DNA of 64,000 bases from Klebsormidium nitens (Eukaryota > Plantae > Klebsormidiophyceae): contig DF236999.1 of NCBI GenBank assembly GCA_000708835.1, forward strand, positions 62,001 to 126,000, given 5' to 3'. A program made the translations under genes and the position numbers. The notes beneath the pieces are model-generated. The model ran no database searches and was not told where the DNA came from. It saw only the letters and a list, made by a program, of their open reading frames with translations. Of the stretch, positions 36,965 to 50,606 are shown in pieces (the first letter of the stretch is position 1; each line of letters begins with the position of its first letter).

Positions 36965-39900
36965 TTACACGGCGCCATCCCTTTCGACCAGCTGTGCCCC
37001 CGCCTGCTCCTGCGTGCTGTCAAGAGGCATGTACTGGGCCATGATAGCCCGGATCTCCGAATCCATGTATTGCTGCACGAGAGTCATTTCGGTTATGTCA
37101 GCAGGTGGGTCGGAGCGGCGGATTCGTAAGGGGACGGCCTGGTTTGGCTTTCAAGCAGACGCAGCCGAGCACCCCACAGCCTCAAACAAGGAGCGCAACT
37201 GACACGAAAAGCATTGCATGCCCTGCTTAGCAAGGAGGGCGCAGAGTCTCTTGAACGTATGATGGAGAAAAGGGCAAGCATCTGCTTTTACGCCTGAATT
37301 GTCCCTGGAGAAAACTACGAAGCTGAGAGGGCCAGTACTCACTCTGAGCCTGTACTTGTAGATGAGGTAGCCTGCCGCAGCAGCCAAGACGAGCGACCCA
37401 ACGACGACTGACGTCACAATGACGCCTACCTTGCTGCTGCCGCTTTCAGAGGACGCAACTGCGAAGCAGGCACAAAATGTCAGCATGCTGGCAGTGACCA
37501 TGGAAACGAGCGCAGCACTGCTGACGGCTCAAAGAGGTCACAAAAAATCGGTTGCCTGGCGGATGTGTTTTGATGTACAGAGATGCTCGCTCACTGGACA
37601 ACACTATGCAGCCGAGTGGCTCACAAACATAGCAAGACTGTACACTGCACGGCCTTCGAAAGCGAAAGAGCAACAGAGTGTTTGGACGGAATCAAAAGAA
37701 GTTCGGGCGCTCACCAATGCAGGTGTCGTGGTCGCGCATGTAGAGCTTCCCGGCACTGCAGGTGCACTCAAAGGAGCCAATCGTGTTGCGGCAATTGCAC
37801 TCGGGGCACTTGCACACGGTCGAGTCTGAGGCGCACTCGTCGATGTCTGCCAAGAAAAAGCGCCGCAGTCAGCAAACTACTTCCGGTGCAGCATGCAGCA
37901 ATACGTCAACCTTCGCTCCCATGGACGTCGCAGACCGTAAAAGTAAAGCATCTCTTCGCCTCCGTCACACGCCACTTCACAGGCACACGTCTGTTTTTAA
38001 AAAGCCGAACCAGCTGACGAGTTACAAGGTCGCCTTAGCTTGTGATAAGGAAGCTAAGCGCAGAAATCGACGTTGGCGTCCGACCAGCGGCGGCGCCACT
38101 ACTGAAAGACAAAACAGCAGCATGCAAGATGGCAGGGGGCGCTGACCCTGGCAGGTGATGCCATCCCCGCGGAAGCCCGGCGGGCAGACGCAGTGGTCGA
38201 CGCCCTCGCGGCAGGCGGAGAAGACGGTACTGCTGTGGGGGTCCTTCATGCTCCAGCACCCGCCATTGTTTAGGCTGCACTTGCCCACGCCCGAAGCTGC
38301 GGCAGCGGAGAAGGGATTGTTTTCGGTATCTCAGGGCTGACGTGTACTGGCGCAGGGTGTTCCAAGACTTGCCATAAGAAGCATCCAAGACCGTACTCGA
38401 CTCGCAAAGTTTCCGCATCCAAACTTGCACGATGTTTGCCAAGGTGCACATTTCTGGACGACCAAGGACAGACAAGGGCCAGTTCTGTGAAAATGCCCTC
38501 TTCAGAACTGATCCTTGACAAGCCAACTGTTGAAAAGAGGCGTAACTTACGTGCGCAGTGCGTGTAGCCATCCCCAGAGAAGGTCACCCCGTTGACCACC
38601 GGGCATTCGCACACGCGGCCGCGGAAAGTGTCCTGCGGAAGACGTCCAAGTCAACAATCAAGATCCTCGGAGACCCCAATGAAGGAGCGTAGTATCTTCT
38701 CTGGAATGGGTGCAAAGGCCCGCTTGTGGACAATTTTGCTGGCCCCTTACAAAGTACGCCTTACAGAGTGACAGGGTTTACAACTGCTCTTCATCTGTGT
38801 CGTCCTTCTTCCGAAGCATCCCGTTGACTCAGCGAATTGAAGTGGTGCAGAAGCGAACCCTCCTTGGTTGGACAAGCCTCGATCCCCGAGCTTCTGAGGG
38901 GAACATGGAACGGATGCACTGGCAAGCGAGCAGCATACCTTGCAGGCCGTGACGTTCATTTTGGTATCCTGCCAGCAACCACCGTTGTTGTCGAGGCACT
39001 CGTTGGTCTCCACGTCTGCACAGCAACCGGAACAAGATAACATGAGCATCAACGCATCGCGCTCAGGTCTCTCTAGTCTGAGGCACTAAGCATGAGGCTA
39101 GCTCAAAAGAGGCAGGCGAGGCGCAAACTGGGAGCGTACAAAGGAACGCTGAACATGAGAGCATGTGCCTTCAAAAGCCCGTAGAAGCAGACCCATGCTT
39201 ATTGCCTCAAATCAAATGGTCGATCGCAGACGACACTGACGAACACAGAGCAGGAGAACGAGAGCAATGCGCCCCGGCTCACCTGCCCCCAGGCACACCG
39301 CGGGTTCGGTGGTCTCCTTGAACCCAGAGCAGATGGCCTTGAGCACCGACTGCTTCTCCAGGTTGCCTGCAATGCCACAAACCTCGTCATATTAGCGGCA
39401 AACACGTCATAGTAAAGGCGGCCAGTAATCCTATCGGTCCAGTCGAACAGAAGGATCTCGGCGAAGGAGCTTCATTTCATCTAAGATAGCTCGTAAGTGG
39501 TTCGGCCATAATGAACAGAATAGACATGGGGGTTCCAACACATGGCCGCGCATGCTAGCGGGATCCTGCAAGCAATCGAGTGCCCCAAGAGAGAGAAGTA
39601 TACTGCGAGAAGGAGAGCATGATCTCAAACAAGCAGGGCGGCTCAGTCTCTTCACCTCGGTACTGCCTGTTGTTGATGACCACAGTGGGCAAAATGGTGA
39701 CATCGCCCCTATCGCCATCACCGACCTGTCAGAGAAAGAAAGAAGCAGGTTCACAGCTTGTTAGATGGCACTTGGGTCTGGAAAACTCCAGCTCATGTCC
39801 GAACGAGAATGACCCCGGTTGACAACGCTTCCACTTCATTCCGCACAATAAAGTCTCTCCAGATTCAACCAGTTTCAGAAGGCGCTGGTTTCTGCTGGAA

Positions 39901-42900
39901 GTCTAGGACCTAGGAATGAACCCTGCTCTCCTGTAAAGAGAAGCAATGGCTCTATCTCCTAATGCGCAATCCCTTTTCGAGGCAAACATCACATCTCGGG
40001 GCAAACATCACCACTCCGCCTGAATTAACGCTGCTGAATAATTACCTGAGCCTTCTGTTCTGCTGCCAAAACGGTGTTCTCCACATCGGCGGTGGGGTCA
40101 CCGACGCAGTTGCGGATGTTCTTCACGTCAAGGCCTGCAGACACACACACAGGAGCGTGCTTCCCATTTAGATCCTGGAATCCTCTAGAGCGCCCGGTTT
40201 CCAAAGAATATACGCGCATTCAACTGCTACTACTACTTGCAAGGTGCACATTACCAGCTGATAACAAACACCTTTTTGCCATGCTAGAATGCGTTGCTTG
40301 CTGCAACCACAAGTACACAGGTTCTGGGACTAACAATCCCAGACCGCTAACAATCCCACACTAGAGCTGATCAAACTCGACGAAAACTCATGCTTGTGCA
40401 TATTCCTGCCAACGCCTCCCACCCTCTTTATCTCTGCAGACCACTTTGCATGAGAGAACCCTCGACTCACCCCCCAACTCTTACAAGAATCACAAATTCA
40501 TCATTCAACTTCGAGACGCTCACCGAGTGAAGTGATGACCTGCTCCGCGCACTCGGCGTTGTACTGCCCCGTAGCCATGGAGCAGCGGATCTCAAAGTCC
40601 GACACGTAGTCCCACCACACCCAGGGCTTCTTGGCCGCCGTCGCCTCACGGTACACGCACAGCTGGCGCAGGTTCTCAATGACGACATCCCGCCCGTCGT
40701 ACCCCTGCTCAAAGTCCTGCTCGGGGTCGGGCGCACAGTAGCGCCCGTTGTTGATGCACTGCAGCTGGCACTGCAGGCTGTCTCTGTACGAGTCGGGGCA
40801 GTACCACGTGATGTAGTGCGGCGTGAACAGCGTGAACTGCCCCTGCTCCAGGATCTGCGCGGCGGCCTTGAAGTCCCTGACGAACGCCGCCTGCGCGTCG
40901 CACTTCTGCCCGCACTCGTCGTTCGAGTTGGTCCAGAACTCGTACTCGACGCGCTCGTCCGGGTGCGCGATCGCCTCGCTCCAATCAAGCACGATCTGCA
41001 CCAGCTGCTTATCGGAGAGCGCCTTCTTGAGCTTGTCTGCCAGGTCCTTGGTGATGAGCGCCGACGGGATGGAGATTTGGGCGAGGTACTCATCGGCGGT
41101 GGGGTCATCCTCTGGGGCGTCCATCGTGATCAAGGGCTCGTCCTTGTCATCTGCGACGATGACGGCCGACGCGCCCGCCTGCTGGGCGTCCCACACCTTC
41201 TTGGTGAAGTAGCAGCCTGGCGGAGAGAACGGCTGGGCGGTGAGTATCTCGACTTGGCGAAGGGGAGGAGAAGAGAGTGGGGGGTACTTTGTGGATTTGA
41301 GGAGGTCAGAAACAAGAAGCCAAACACAGTGATACAAGTCACTCACAGCCTGTTGGTCTAGTCTTACAGTATGCGAATTAAAACCTGTTGTAAAAGGCTG
41401 GACAGATCTGATGCAACAGTGGCGGCAACCCAGGAAAGTGGGGAGAAGGTGCAAAATGTTTTCAAGTAATTGTGTACTAAGTAACTGTGCTGTGAATAAG
41501 TGTGCAAAGGTAAAATGAGTAGCATTTGTTCGAAATACATGCCCACACTGTTTTCATGGGCACTACACACGTGGCTTCACCAACTTAGGACAAAGCCCAA
41601 TCAACCCATGCTGCAACCACCAAGCTGACAAAATAACAGTCAAGAGAACAGTTGGACAGCAGATAAGAAAACTTGAAGCAGTTTGTATTCTCCTCGCTAA
41701 TGAAAACCTCCAAGTGCTGAAAATGCTGAGGTTAAAACTTGGGCTCCTTGTTTCAAGCTCCCTGAAGGTGTGCGAATGAAAGCCCTGTCGGTATCAAACT
41801 CAATACTTCGATGGTCACCTGGTTGAAGCTTTTCTAGGTGATAGTGAGGAAAAGCAGGACATCTGTTGCCAGCAAACCCTAAACAAAGTAGTAAAAGAAA
41901 ATTCTCACCCATGCAAGCAATAAAGATCCTGTTTTTGGATAGAAGCAAGACCTCTCAAGGAAATTTTCCAAGAAGGCTTTTGTACAATTCTAATGTTGAA
42001 GGGTTCAAATTGCTGAGAAGACAAGCCCATATCACACTTCATGTAGACTGCCCAAACTGAAGATTGTTACTATATATCAGATCGTTGAATCTTGAATAGT
42101 AAAAAGACTGGACAAAATACAAGAAAATAACTACGCCACCTGGAGCAATCAGGAGGAGACATATTCCCAAAAGGAAAAACTTGCCCCCAAAAAGAAACAC
42201 TCTAGGCCAGCAGACAAGAAAAAAGCCCACTAAGGCCAGGGGTTGGCACCCGAAACCAAAACAAACTCAGAGCTGGGTGGGCCACAAGACTCCTCAACTT
42301 GCAAATCCACATAACTGTTTATGCCACTTAGAACAGCCTTCTGGATGTTAATCTTACGAATCTGCATGCCATGCAGCTCGGGCAGTGAGTTTTGAAACCC
42401 CTTCCAAAGCTGTACCACAGCCACTCTTTCACAACGGAAGCTGAGATGACGATGCATACAACCTCCGAATACAGAAGCTCTTTTACCAAGAAAGAGGGAG
42501 CCCTAAAATCGAAGAAAGAGAGAGTCTGTCCAAGATCTGCTGTTTATGCAAAATTGGGGAACAACATGATCAACAAAAGGAGCAAGGCAAAGAGGATTGA
42601 ACGCAAAGAGGGGAGTTTCATGATGACAACACTCACTGCCTCTGTCGACCAAGACAATCTTCGGCAGCTGCCCTGCCTGCGTCCTGAAGTTGTATCCTCC
42701 ATCTGCAAACCCTGTACACGCGTCCTGGTCTACGCTGGGGAAGACAACAACCCCCGACAACGAGCCACCGTAATTTGGCGTCCCAAAGTTTGCGATTGAG
42801 CTGTCAAACGTGCCCTTCAATTCTTTAGGAGCTGTCACCCGGATGCTGTGGGTTTCCACAATAAACCGGGCGGAGCAGAGAGACGCCCACAGGCCCAGCA

Positions 42901-42937
42901 ACAGCGCCGCCAACAGGCATCCCTGGCGAGGAGCCAT
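36965..42937 (-). CDS. VSR: Vacuolar sorting receptor (BP-80/VSR family), about 633 aa, 11 exons
   Basis: Exons 42937-42637, 41216-40524, 40134-40046, 39725-39656, 39366-39283, 39015-38939, 38632-38551, 38296-38147, 37846-37715, 37458-37343, 37072-36965; total 1902 nt. Signal peptide then RFIVE; PA domain ([22 protein letters not shown]); [12 protein letters not shown]; three EGF repeats; transmembrane helix; cytosolic [22 protein letters not shown] with the YMPL sorting motif. Confidence 0.96.
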
Positions 42938-43276
42938 CCCCTGCAGGAGGAACTGGTAAGCCCTCAACAATAAGTTCAGTATGTACAGGCGAACTGGAGT
43001 AAAACCTCAGACTCTGCCCCTAACCCGCCCAGGTCTGAGCAGTTCAAAAAATCCGATTGGGTGCAAAGATTCGTCACCCCTCCGCCTCAGCAAAGAAGAA
43101 AAGGATCACCAGACGCTGGTCAGCTTGGTGCAAAAAGGCCGCTGGGGCGTTCTCTACTGCAACTTCAACGTCCCCAAACTCTGCCAGTGCCAGTGCATTT
43201 GGAGCAGGGATGGCTCGAAAAGCACACGAGCAATCCCTTTGACCAGTATAGAACTGGATTCATGCAGTCCGGGTTA

Positions 43277-43824
43277 GGGTAGAGTCATTTTGTAAGTGGT
43301 ACCCCCCCAAAATTAGATTTTATGGGGGTGGGGGGCCCTTGACCGAGATGCAGAACCAGGGTCGGACCGGCGGGGGAGACCCAGCGCAGTTTTTGAGAGT
43401 GAGGGTCCCTGGGGGGTACCTACCACCTAGGACCCCAAGAGGCCTTAAGACCTTTAGTATCTTCAGTACCCATTTAGCCTCTTATGAACAGACTTTGTTC
43501 ACATATCTTGATCAAATTCGTACGAAGTTTGCCCCAAATTATGGTCCGAATATGCTGAAAAGCGGCCCTGCGGGGCTCTACAACGTGCACGAACTTAGCG
43601 AAATGTGCGGCTTTTTCAAAAAAGCCCTCTCAAAGCCCCTGCAAAAACTTGCGTTCGCTTTTGGCCGGACGACCCCCTTATTGCGCCGGGTGGGAGGGGG
43701 GGCGGGGCTGGGACCCCTCGGCGAAGCCGAGGGCCCCCTGGGCCTTTGGAGACCACCCCCTAGCTTGATCGAAAAATGGGCGATAGAATAATGGGGGGGT
43801 ACTAGTTACAAAATGACGGTACCC
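43277..43824. mobile_element. Non-autonomous MITE, PIF/Harbinger (Tourist-like), 548 bp
   Basis: 33-bp terminal inverted repeats, 29/33 identical (left GGGTAGAGTCATTTTGTAAGTGGTACCCCCCCA; right, reverse-complemented, GGGTACCGTCATTTTGTAACTAGTACCCCCCCA). TTA flanks both ends (43274-43276 and 43825-43827). Internal hairpin CCCTCGGC-GAA-GCCGAGGG at 43715-43733. Confidence 0.85.
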
Positions 43825-44377
43825 TTATACACAGGACGAGACAAACTGATTCTCTACCACGGTACCTATGACGTTGACCAGATGGCATATGCTATGCCGG
43901 TTGCGCATTCTTCGGAACCAGTAGGTAGTAGGTAGGTACCGGTAGGTACGCAGAACCGAGCAGTCTGTCGGAAGGAGGGACGACGGCGACGGCATCTTTG
44001 CCACTTCGGCAATTCGCTTTGAATGTGGTGGGCATACAGCATACGGCTCAAAGGCATGAACATGCTTTGGTGCACGAGGCTGGCGCTGGTGGCAAGAACC
44101 CGCTCATGGCTCACACAATTGCTCAATGCTTTATAATGTCTGAAGCAGCTGGTCCGAACTTGGAGCTAGGCTCCAGAGAATGGGCATCAATGCTCGGGCT
44201 TCAATCAGCCCTAAGCAAGTCTGATAGCCGTTGCAGGTGGAGACCGTACTGCGCAGATTGCACTTCGAATCTCCTTTTTGCAACCAATTGTGCTACAAGC
44301 GAAGACCAGACATCGTTCTGCTCTTACAGGTTCTATAGAGAAGTCCGCTGGTAAACATCTCATCACACAACTGCAGC

Positions 44378-47300
44378 ATGACTTCTCCCCAGTCCGATGA
44401 GGTGGTGGCCGCCATCGCAGCTCTGTACGGCCCCGGCGAGCCGACACTGAAAGCCGCTGCCAATGATCTCTTGACCCGATTTGCGGCTTCCCCTAATGTT
44501 TGGCCCGTCGGCCTTTCTCTTCTGGACCATACCTCGGTGGAAGTGCGCTACTTCGCTGCCAACATGCTCCTCTCCAAAGTCCGCTCAGAGTGGCACCGGA
44601 CCCCACCGGAGCTGCGGGCTTCGCTGGCGCAGGAGACCGGCCGGTGCCTGTTCACACTGGCCGGTCACCCTGGGGCGCCCTGGGTGGTGGTCAACCGGTT
44701 GTGCCTCCTGACCGCTGCAATGGCGTGCAGAACCGCAGAGAACAGTGCTAGCCAATCCTCTCTCACAACCACTGCTTTACTGGATTCTGCATTCCAGACT
44801 GCGGCAGGGGCTACGGAGGGCAACCCCGGCGCATCTATGCAGCTTTCGGTTGCGCTGGGGCTGTTGCAGTCGCTCACAGAGGAAGTGGACCAGCTTGGGA
44901 GAGAGCGCCAGGTGGCGGCGCAGGAGCGCATGTCGCTACGAACGCAGGACGTGCTCCGATTGGTCGATGCAGTGCTGTCTGGACACCTGGGGGGTGGAGG
45001 GGACGATCGCTTGCCGGTCGTGGCGCTGCGCCTGCTGCACAGCTGGCTGAGGGACGATGCTACGAGCAGGGGGGTGACTGCGGGCTACCTGGCTCAGTCC
45101 CACAGCAGTCTTTTCCAGAGGGTGCTAACTAGTCTGTCTTCAAAGGACGGCACAGATCTTGAGGCGGCCATCGAAGTAGTGGTGCAGTTAGTGTCTCTCG
45201 ACGAAGCGAATGTGAAGGATCTAGGCGCGGAGGAGAACGCGGTCCGAATGGTGCTGGCAGCGGTGGCTGCGCAGAGGGGGCCGCTGCAGCAGGCCTTGGC
45301 GGAGGATCCAGATAGTCGCTTTGCCGGGGGGCTATGCGAGGTGGCGTGTACGGCAGCGGAGCACTGGTGGGAGCTGGTAGCACAGGTGGGGGATTCCCTT
45401 TGGAATCTGTTCGTTCCATTTATGAAAGTTGTGTTTTCATTTCGAATCCATGCAATATCCGTGCCTCAATTGATACTTTCTATCTTCGTTCTGAAAGTCC
45501 CTCGTGGTTCCTTGGTGACTCACACGATCAACCAATCTCTGGATCTATGTGAAAATTGAAGTGCCGTCGTTGGCGCTGTGATGGCATGACAATCAGCTCA
45601 ACCTCATTCAAACCTTATCAATCGAGCTTTGCATAGTGCTGGCCGTCCCAGACCCCATGACTTAAGGCGGCAGAGCCTGTCTTTCGCGACACGCTTAATG
45701 ACGGATGTAAGTCACAGCACCCGTCTCCATCTCTTGGGAGTATAGCAGATTTTAAGTCCTTTCCTGCCCAGTCCGATACATATAGAGGAGAGCAACCCAT
45801 GAATTTCCCTTTTCCTGTCCTTTCCCCAGGCATCCAAGCAGTGTCCAGAGGCAGTCCCCGTTGCTGAGGTAATGCTGACATGCGTGACCGACGGCGGCCA
45901 GGGCGTGGCTGAGCTAGCCCTGGACTACTTCTCCATGTTGAGCTCGGTGCCGCTGGCTGAGCGGCCGCCCGCCCTCCAGGCGCCACTCTATGTGCAACTC
46001 CTGCAAGGCCTTCTGAAGCAGGTGGGATCCAGAAATCATTTTCTGCCTGGCAACGCCTTGAGTGTCTGTCGCGGTTCATCAGTGCGGGAACTACTTTCGT
46101 CCAGGCTAGCTTCGAGCGGCTTTTCTCAGTGGCCTTCTACGAGGAAGCCAACCAGGCATTAGTGTGTGTTCGTCTCTTGCTCACAAAAGCAAGTTGCTTG
46201 CAGAATGACATCGACGATATAGCGACTTGTACGTTGTTGTTATCTTTGTGGCACCTTGTGCGGTGGGCATCCCGTTGCTGTCGCGAGACCTGGAATGTAA
46301 ACGCACGCTCGGTCTTGCCAGCCTCGATCGAGGCTCTGCCATGTTCGTCCGTACTTCACTTGCAAGCCAACTTCGGAATCGCGATGTCCTTTTCGTTTTG
46401 AAATAATCCTCTTCTTCGTGTCAGGGAAACCACCTCCGGAATGGTAAAGCAGTAGGTTTGGGATTGCCTGCCAGTACTCAGATCGCTGTTCGTGTCTCCT
46501 TTCTGCAGTCTGCATACCCACCCGACTTCACCACGTGGCAAAGGAGCAGTATGGACGCCGACAGCTTCCTGCGGTTTCGGGAGCTGTATGCCGCAGAGAC
46601 CTTGGACACATGTTACGCCGTGCTCGGCCCTGCATACCTCTCCGCTCTAGATCAGCATCTCAAGGTAGGTGGCATCTTCGCGCGCTTAGCGGAACAAATG
46701 TTTTGTACACTTCGTCCACAAACCCGCCACAAAGCTCGATTCTTCTAATCCGAAACGATCTGAATGCTCGATCGAAGATCGACGGGTCCGTTTTTGCCAG
46801 TTGCATAAGTGGAGTCTGAGTTAGGCGGCCCTGCGGTACAGTAGAGACTACCTTGGTGCCCCCATTTTGGGAAGCCCGTGTAGACGGCTCCTTGATGCAC
46901 GAAAGGTCGGCCTGTGCCCAAATCATTTTCACCTGCGAATCGTCGAGGGGAAACGGGAAAGGGCCCCTTTGTCGCTCTGGTCGACTGGAACTCTGCCTGA
47001 TTTCCCTTCACTTTCGGCGAACCACGCTGCGGGCTTTTCAAAAGGAGCTTGACTTCGAAAGCTTCACTCTGGGCTCATTGAAGAAAGCGTTGGGTGATCG
47101 GTCTCTCCTCGGGTTACGAAAGCTGTGCCGACAGCTCAACGTGGGGCAGATCTTACGAATGAATGTGAGATGTCCAATGGTTTTTCTGCTACGGATCCAA
47201 GTGCACGGACATACCTTTTGACATTATTACCTGGCGCCCTCTCATGTGGGTTCCAGGCTCGAGTAGCAGTTCAAAAAGGTTTGAGAAGGTATAGACTTAA

Positions 47301-49513
47301 GCAATGAAGCTGAACGGAAAAGATCCACAAATTATGAAACGGATAATATCCTAGTCAGGAAACTTGGTTTTTATGCTCCTTTTAAGATCAAGATTCTTCC
47401 ATCTCCTGCAGGCTGCCCGCTCCTGGCAAGCTCTAGAGGTCGCCCTTTTTGCCCTGCGGAGCATCGCCCCGACCATCAAAATCCGCTGCCTTCCTGTCAA
47501 CGGCACGCCCCCTTCCCCAGGCCAAGAGGCGGTCGAGGCCTTCTTCACTCCGTTCTTCGCCCAGCTCGAGAGGGACGACTTCCTGTCTCACCCCCTCGTG
47601 GGATCGAGCGCCGCTTCTCTAGTTGGCGCGTTTGGCGCGTGGATCTGCCAGCACCCCCAGTCGTTAAATCCCGCCGCGAGCTACGTCCTGAGGGGCCTCC
47701 GGACCAGCCTCGAAGGAAAGGTGAGGGCACGGGATAAATGTGATCGGTCGTGCCTGGTCGTGCCGTTCATTGCAAACGAGACGACTATCTCCGGCTGATT
47801 TTCAGCAGATTGATCGAAAAGTTGGATTTTTTTCTGCATTGAGATTTGCTTGTTGTGGGGGTCTCGCGGGGTCTTCCCGTATGCAAGCCGTCTAGGAGAA
47901 GTTGTTTCGCTCGAGGTTGTGTCAGACATGAACCCATACACTTCTGCAGGGTTGGAGGTTGGCTGTCGGTACTGCCCTTAGACGGCGTATGTCACTCTTT
48001 CGTTCAGACGTTGGTTCCTGTTTGGGAATAGGCAAGGACTACAACGTTTAGCCCAGTGCCTCTCATCCTCATCGCTAAGCTTGTCCAAGTCTGCAACCCA
48101 ATAACATATTTTCCCGTTGATTAACCTTCTGCCGACCTCGGAAACGTACCGGGTCTCCTCCTGCATTGTTCTCTCCGCATATATCCCGCACCTGATTCTT
48201 CCTCTCGTCTGCAGATGCCCGCAGTCTGGCAGGCTTCCGCGCGCGCCTTCCGCAGCCTTTGTATCAAATGTTATCCCCACATGGCGCAGCCCGGCCCCGT
48301 CGAGCAGCTGATCCAAGCGGTAGAGGCCAGCCTCCCACCCCTCCCAGAAAATACCTCCCCCTCTGCCGTTAGCGCCGACGATCGGACTACTGTCAACGAA
48401 GGACTCGCCACTCTAGTTGCCGCCCTCCCCTCCAGTGACGCCTCCAGACTGGGGGTGCGACTAGTGACGCCATGCGTGACGTCAATGGGTCGGTTGGCGG
48501 GCGCCAGAGATCCCCCTGCCACTGCTCTAGTTACATGCCTGGGCTTACTTTCAAGCTCGATCCGGCACCTTGAATTCGGACGTCCGGAGGATGAGGTGAA
48601 ACCGTGCGCTGCGCTCGTGCAGTTTTCGTGGCCCACTCTAGATACTCTTCTGACGACGCCCCACGTTCAGGCGAACGGTGATGTTCTCGTAGCATTGGGT
48701 GACGTGTATACACGTGCGATCCAGAGCCTGGGGCCCGAAGTGCTTCCGATCGCACACATGACATCACACCTCGTCAGCATCTTCGAGCGGTACCAGCACC
48801 CCGACTGCGTGCCACCCCTAGTTACGGCCGTGCAATCAAGCTCCGAGAGTGCACTGCAGTCCCAGGTCGACTTTCATCGGGGCGTGTTTGGCGCTGTCTC
48901 GGGCGCCTCTTTTGGGTGCTTGCATCGGGGTGAGCTTGCGAAACGGCCAGAAGTCTTGGGGGCTTTGTTTTCGCTGGCGTCAGCATACGTGGCACAGTGT
49001 CCAGCTGTAGTTGCGTCGGGGCCGCTGCTGCCGAGCCTTATTGAGGCAGCTGCCGCAGTGGTGCGGTTCCAAGACAAGGACTCGAGCAAGAGCGCACTCG
49101 CTTTTCTGACGGCCTTGCTAGAGCTCCCGGCAAAGCGGTCGGAAACGAGAACAATGATCGAGGGGGCCCTGCTCGCTGGGGCGGGGCAGCAACTGACTGC
49201 AGTGCTTCTAGTTGCGGCGGCTGATAAGTTACCACGGCAGCTACTTAGACTATTAGGGGGAGTGCTTTACTTGTTGACGCAGTATTCTCCCGCAGCGGTG
49301 GGGGTTTGGATTGCGTCGACATTCGCTGATGGAGCGTTCTTAGCGGTAGTGAACGGGGCGTTAGAGGAGAGCAGTCAGCGGCTAGCGGGGGAGGTGCTGC
49401 AAAGACAACCGCCGCTGCCGAAGCGGCGCTTTGAGGCGTTTGTAACGGACTTTGCGTCTGTTTGCAGACGAGAAGGGACGAATGACACACTGCTCGCATA
49501 TCAGATTGATTAA
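44378..49513 (+). CDS. Importin-beta family nuclear transport receptor (importin-13/transportin-SR-like), about 987 aa, 5 exons
   Basis: Exons 44378-45385, 45830-46021, 46509-46664, 47412-47720, 48215-49513; total 2964 nt, all joins phase 0. The N-terminus fits an importin-beta N-terminal domain (AIAALY...AANDLLTRF..SPNVW...EVRYFAANMLLSKVRSEW). HEAT-like helices follow (WQALEVALFALRSIA, SARAFRSLC). Confidence 0.85.
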
Positions 49514-50606
49514 CGCGCACATACTACCAGGCTCGCATTTTTCTATAGGGCTTGCATTCTTGCACTGACAGCTTCCCGGATCCTACCTGTACGCCTGCAA
49601 GCCTTAATGAGTGAGCTAGTCGAGCGGGCAATCATGCAAGGTTGCAATTTGAACTGATGTACGACATGCAGATTCAATTTGAATCAAGTTGCTGTCATGT
49701 TACGACTTTCCACTGGCATACTAAGTCGGATCTAGGTGCATATGGCATTTGACCATGTCCCCTTATATAATCATGTTACTGATGCTGGTCGGTTTGCTAG
49801 CTGCGCGCTATATATACTCTAGCTAGCATGCCGCCATGCTGAGATCAGACTATAGACCTATATAGTCTATCATTTGATTAGCGAGACAACATTACAGTGC
49901 AGCTACGCATGCCGCTGAGTCATGGTTGCAACTGAATTATGGGATCGATCGACTATCATTAATGCTAGCTACTGAGCTCGGTGCGTAAGATACTAAGTGA
50001 AATTGAAAATTATCGACGTCAGCCTACATTACGTCCAATTATGTACCTGCTGCAGAGCCTGTTCATCCTATGAAGCACTGAGATTTTGAATGGTCTTGAG
50101 TGAAAGAAGGTAAGCGAGCGCAGAGCACCAAGCTTATCAAATGGGGGCGTTGATGATCGTGCGAATCAAAATTGAAAGCAGAGTCAGTTCAATTGCCTGC
50201 GCTGGCAATTGTTCTGAGTGCGTCTTTTGACTTCACTGATGTGTTAACAATGTCAGATCAGTGGATCTTATCTCGGGCCCTTTCCCAGGCTCAATATGCC
50301 GCTGCATTATGGTCCTGCTTGGAGGCCCTAGAATTACGCTTTGTCGGAACCTGTGATATGTTTGTCATCAACGTTCGCAAACACACTGCGCTTGTGTATG
50401 TTAAAGGCGTATTCGAACTTCTGAAGCCGGTGCTCTACGACTATGGGGAAGATTAGTCATGAGGGCTCTTAGCAGCGTACTTTTGCGAAAGTCAACCTCA
50501 AACGAATTCCCACGGTAAGTCAAATTGCTGTCGGTCAACGTCTCATCCCCTTAATTGGTCTTCAGCCGAGACCTTTCACTTTGTTAAGCGTTGCAACAAA
50601 AATGAA

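Noticed and set aside
43339-43791. 150-aa ORF inside the MITE as a transposase remnant
   Set aside because: TTG start, no DDE or Myb-like motifs, low-complexity Gly/Pro content produced by G/C runs.
45590-45707. Possible extra importin exon ending at a GTAAGT donor (45707)
   Set aside because: No phase-compatible acceptor found, and the flanking exons already join in frame.
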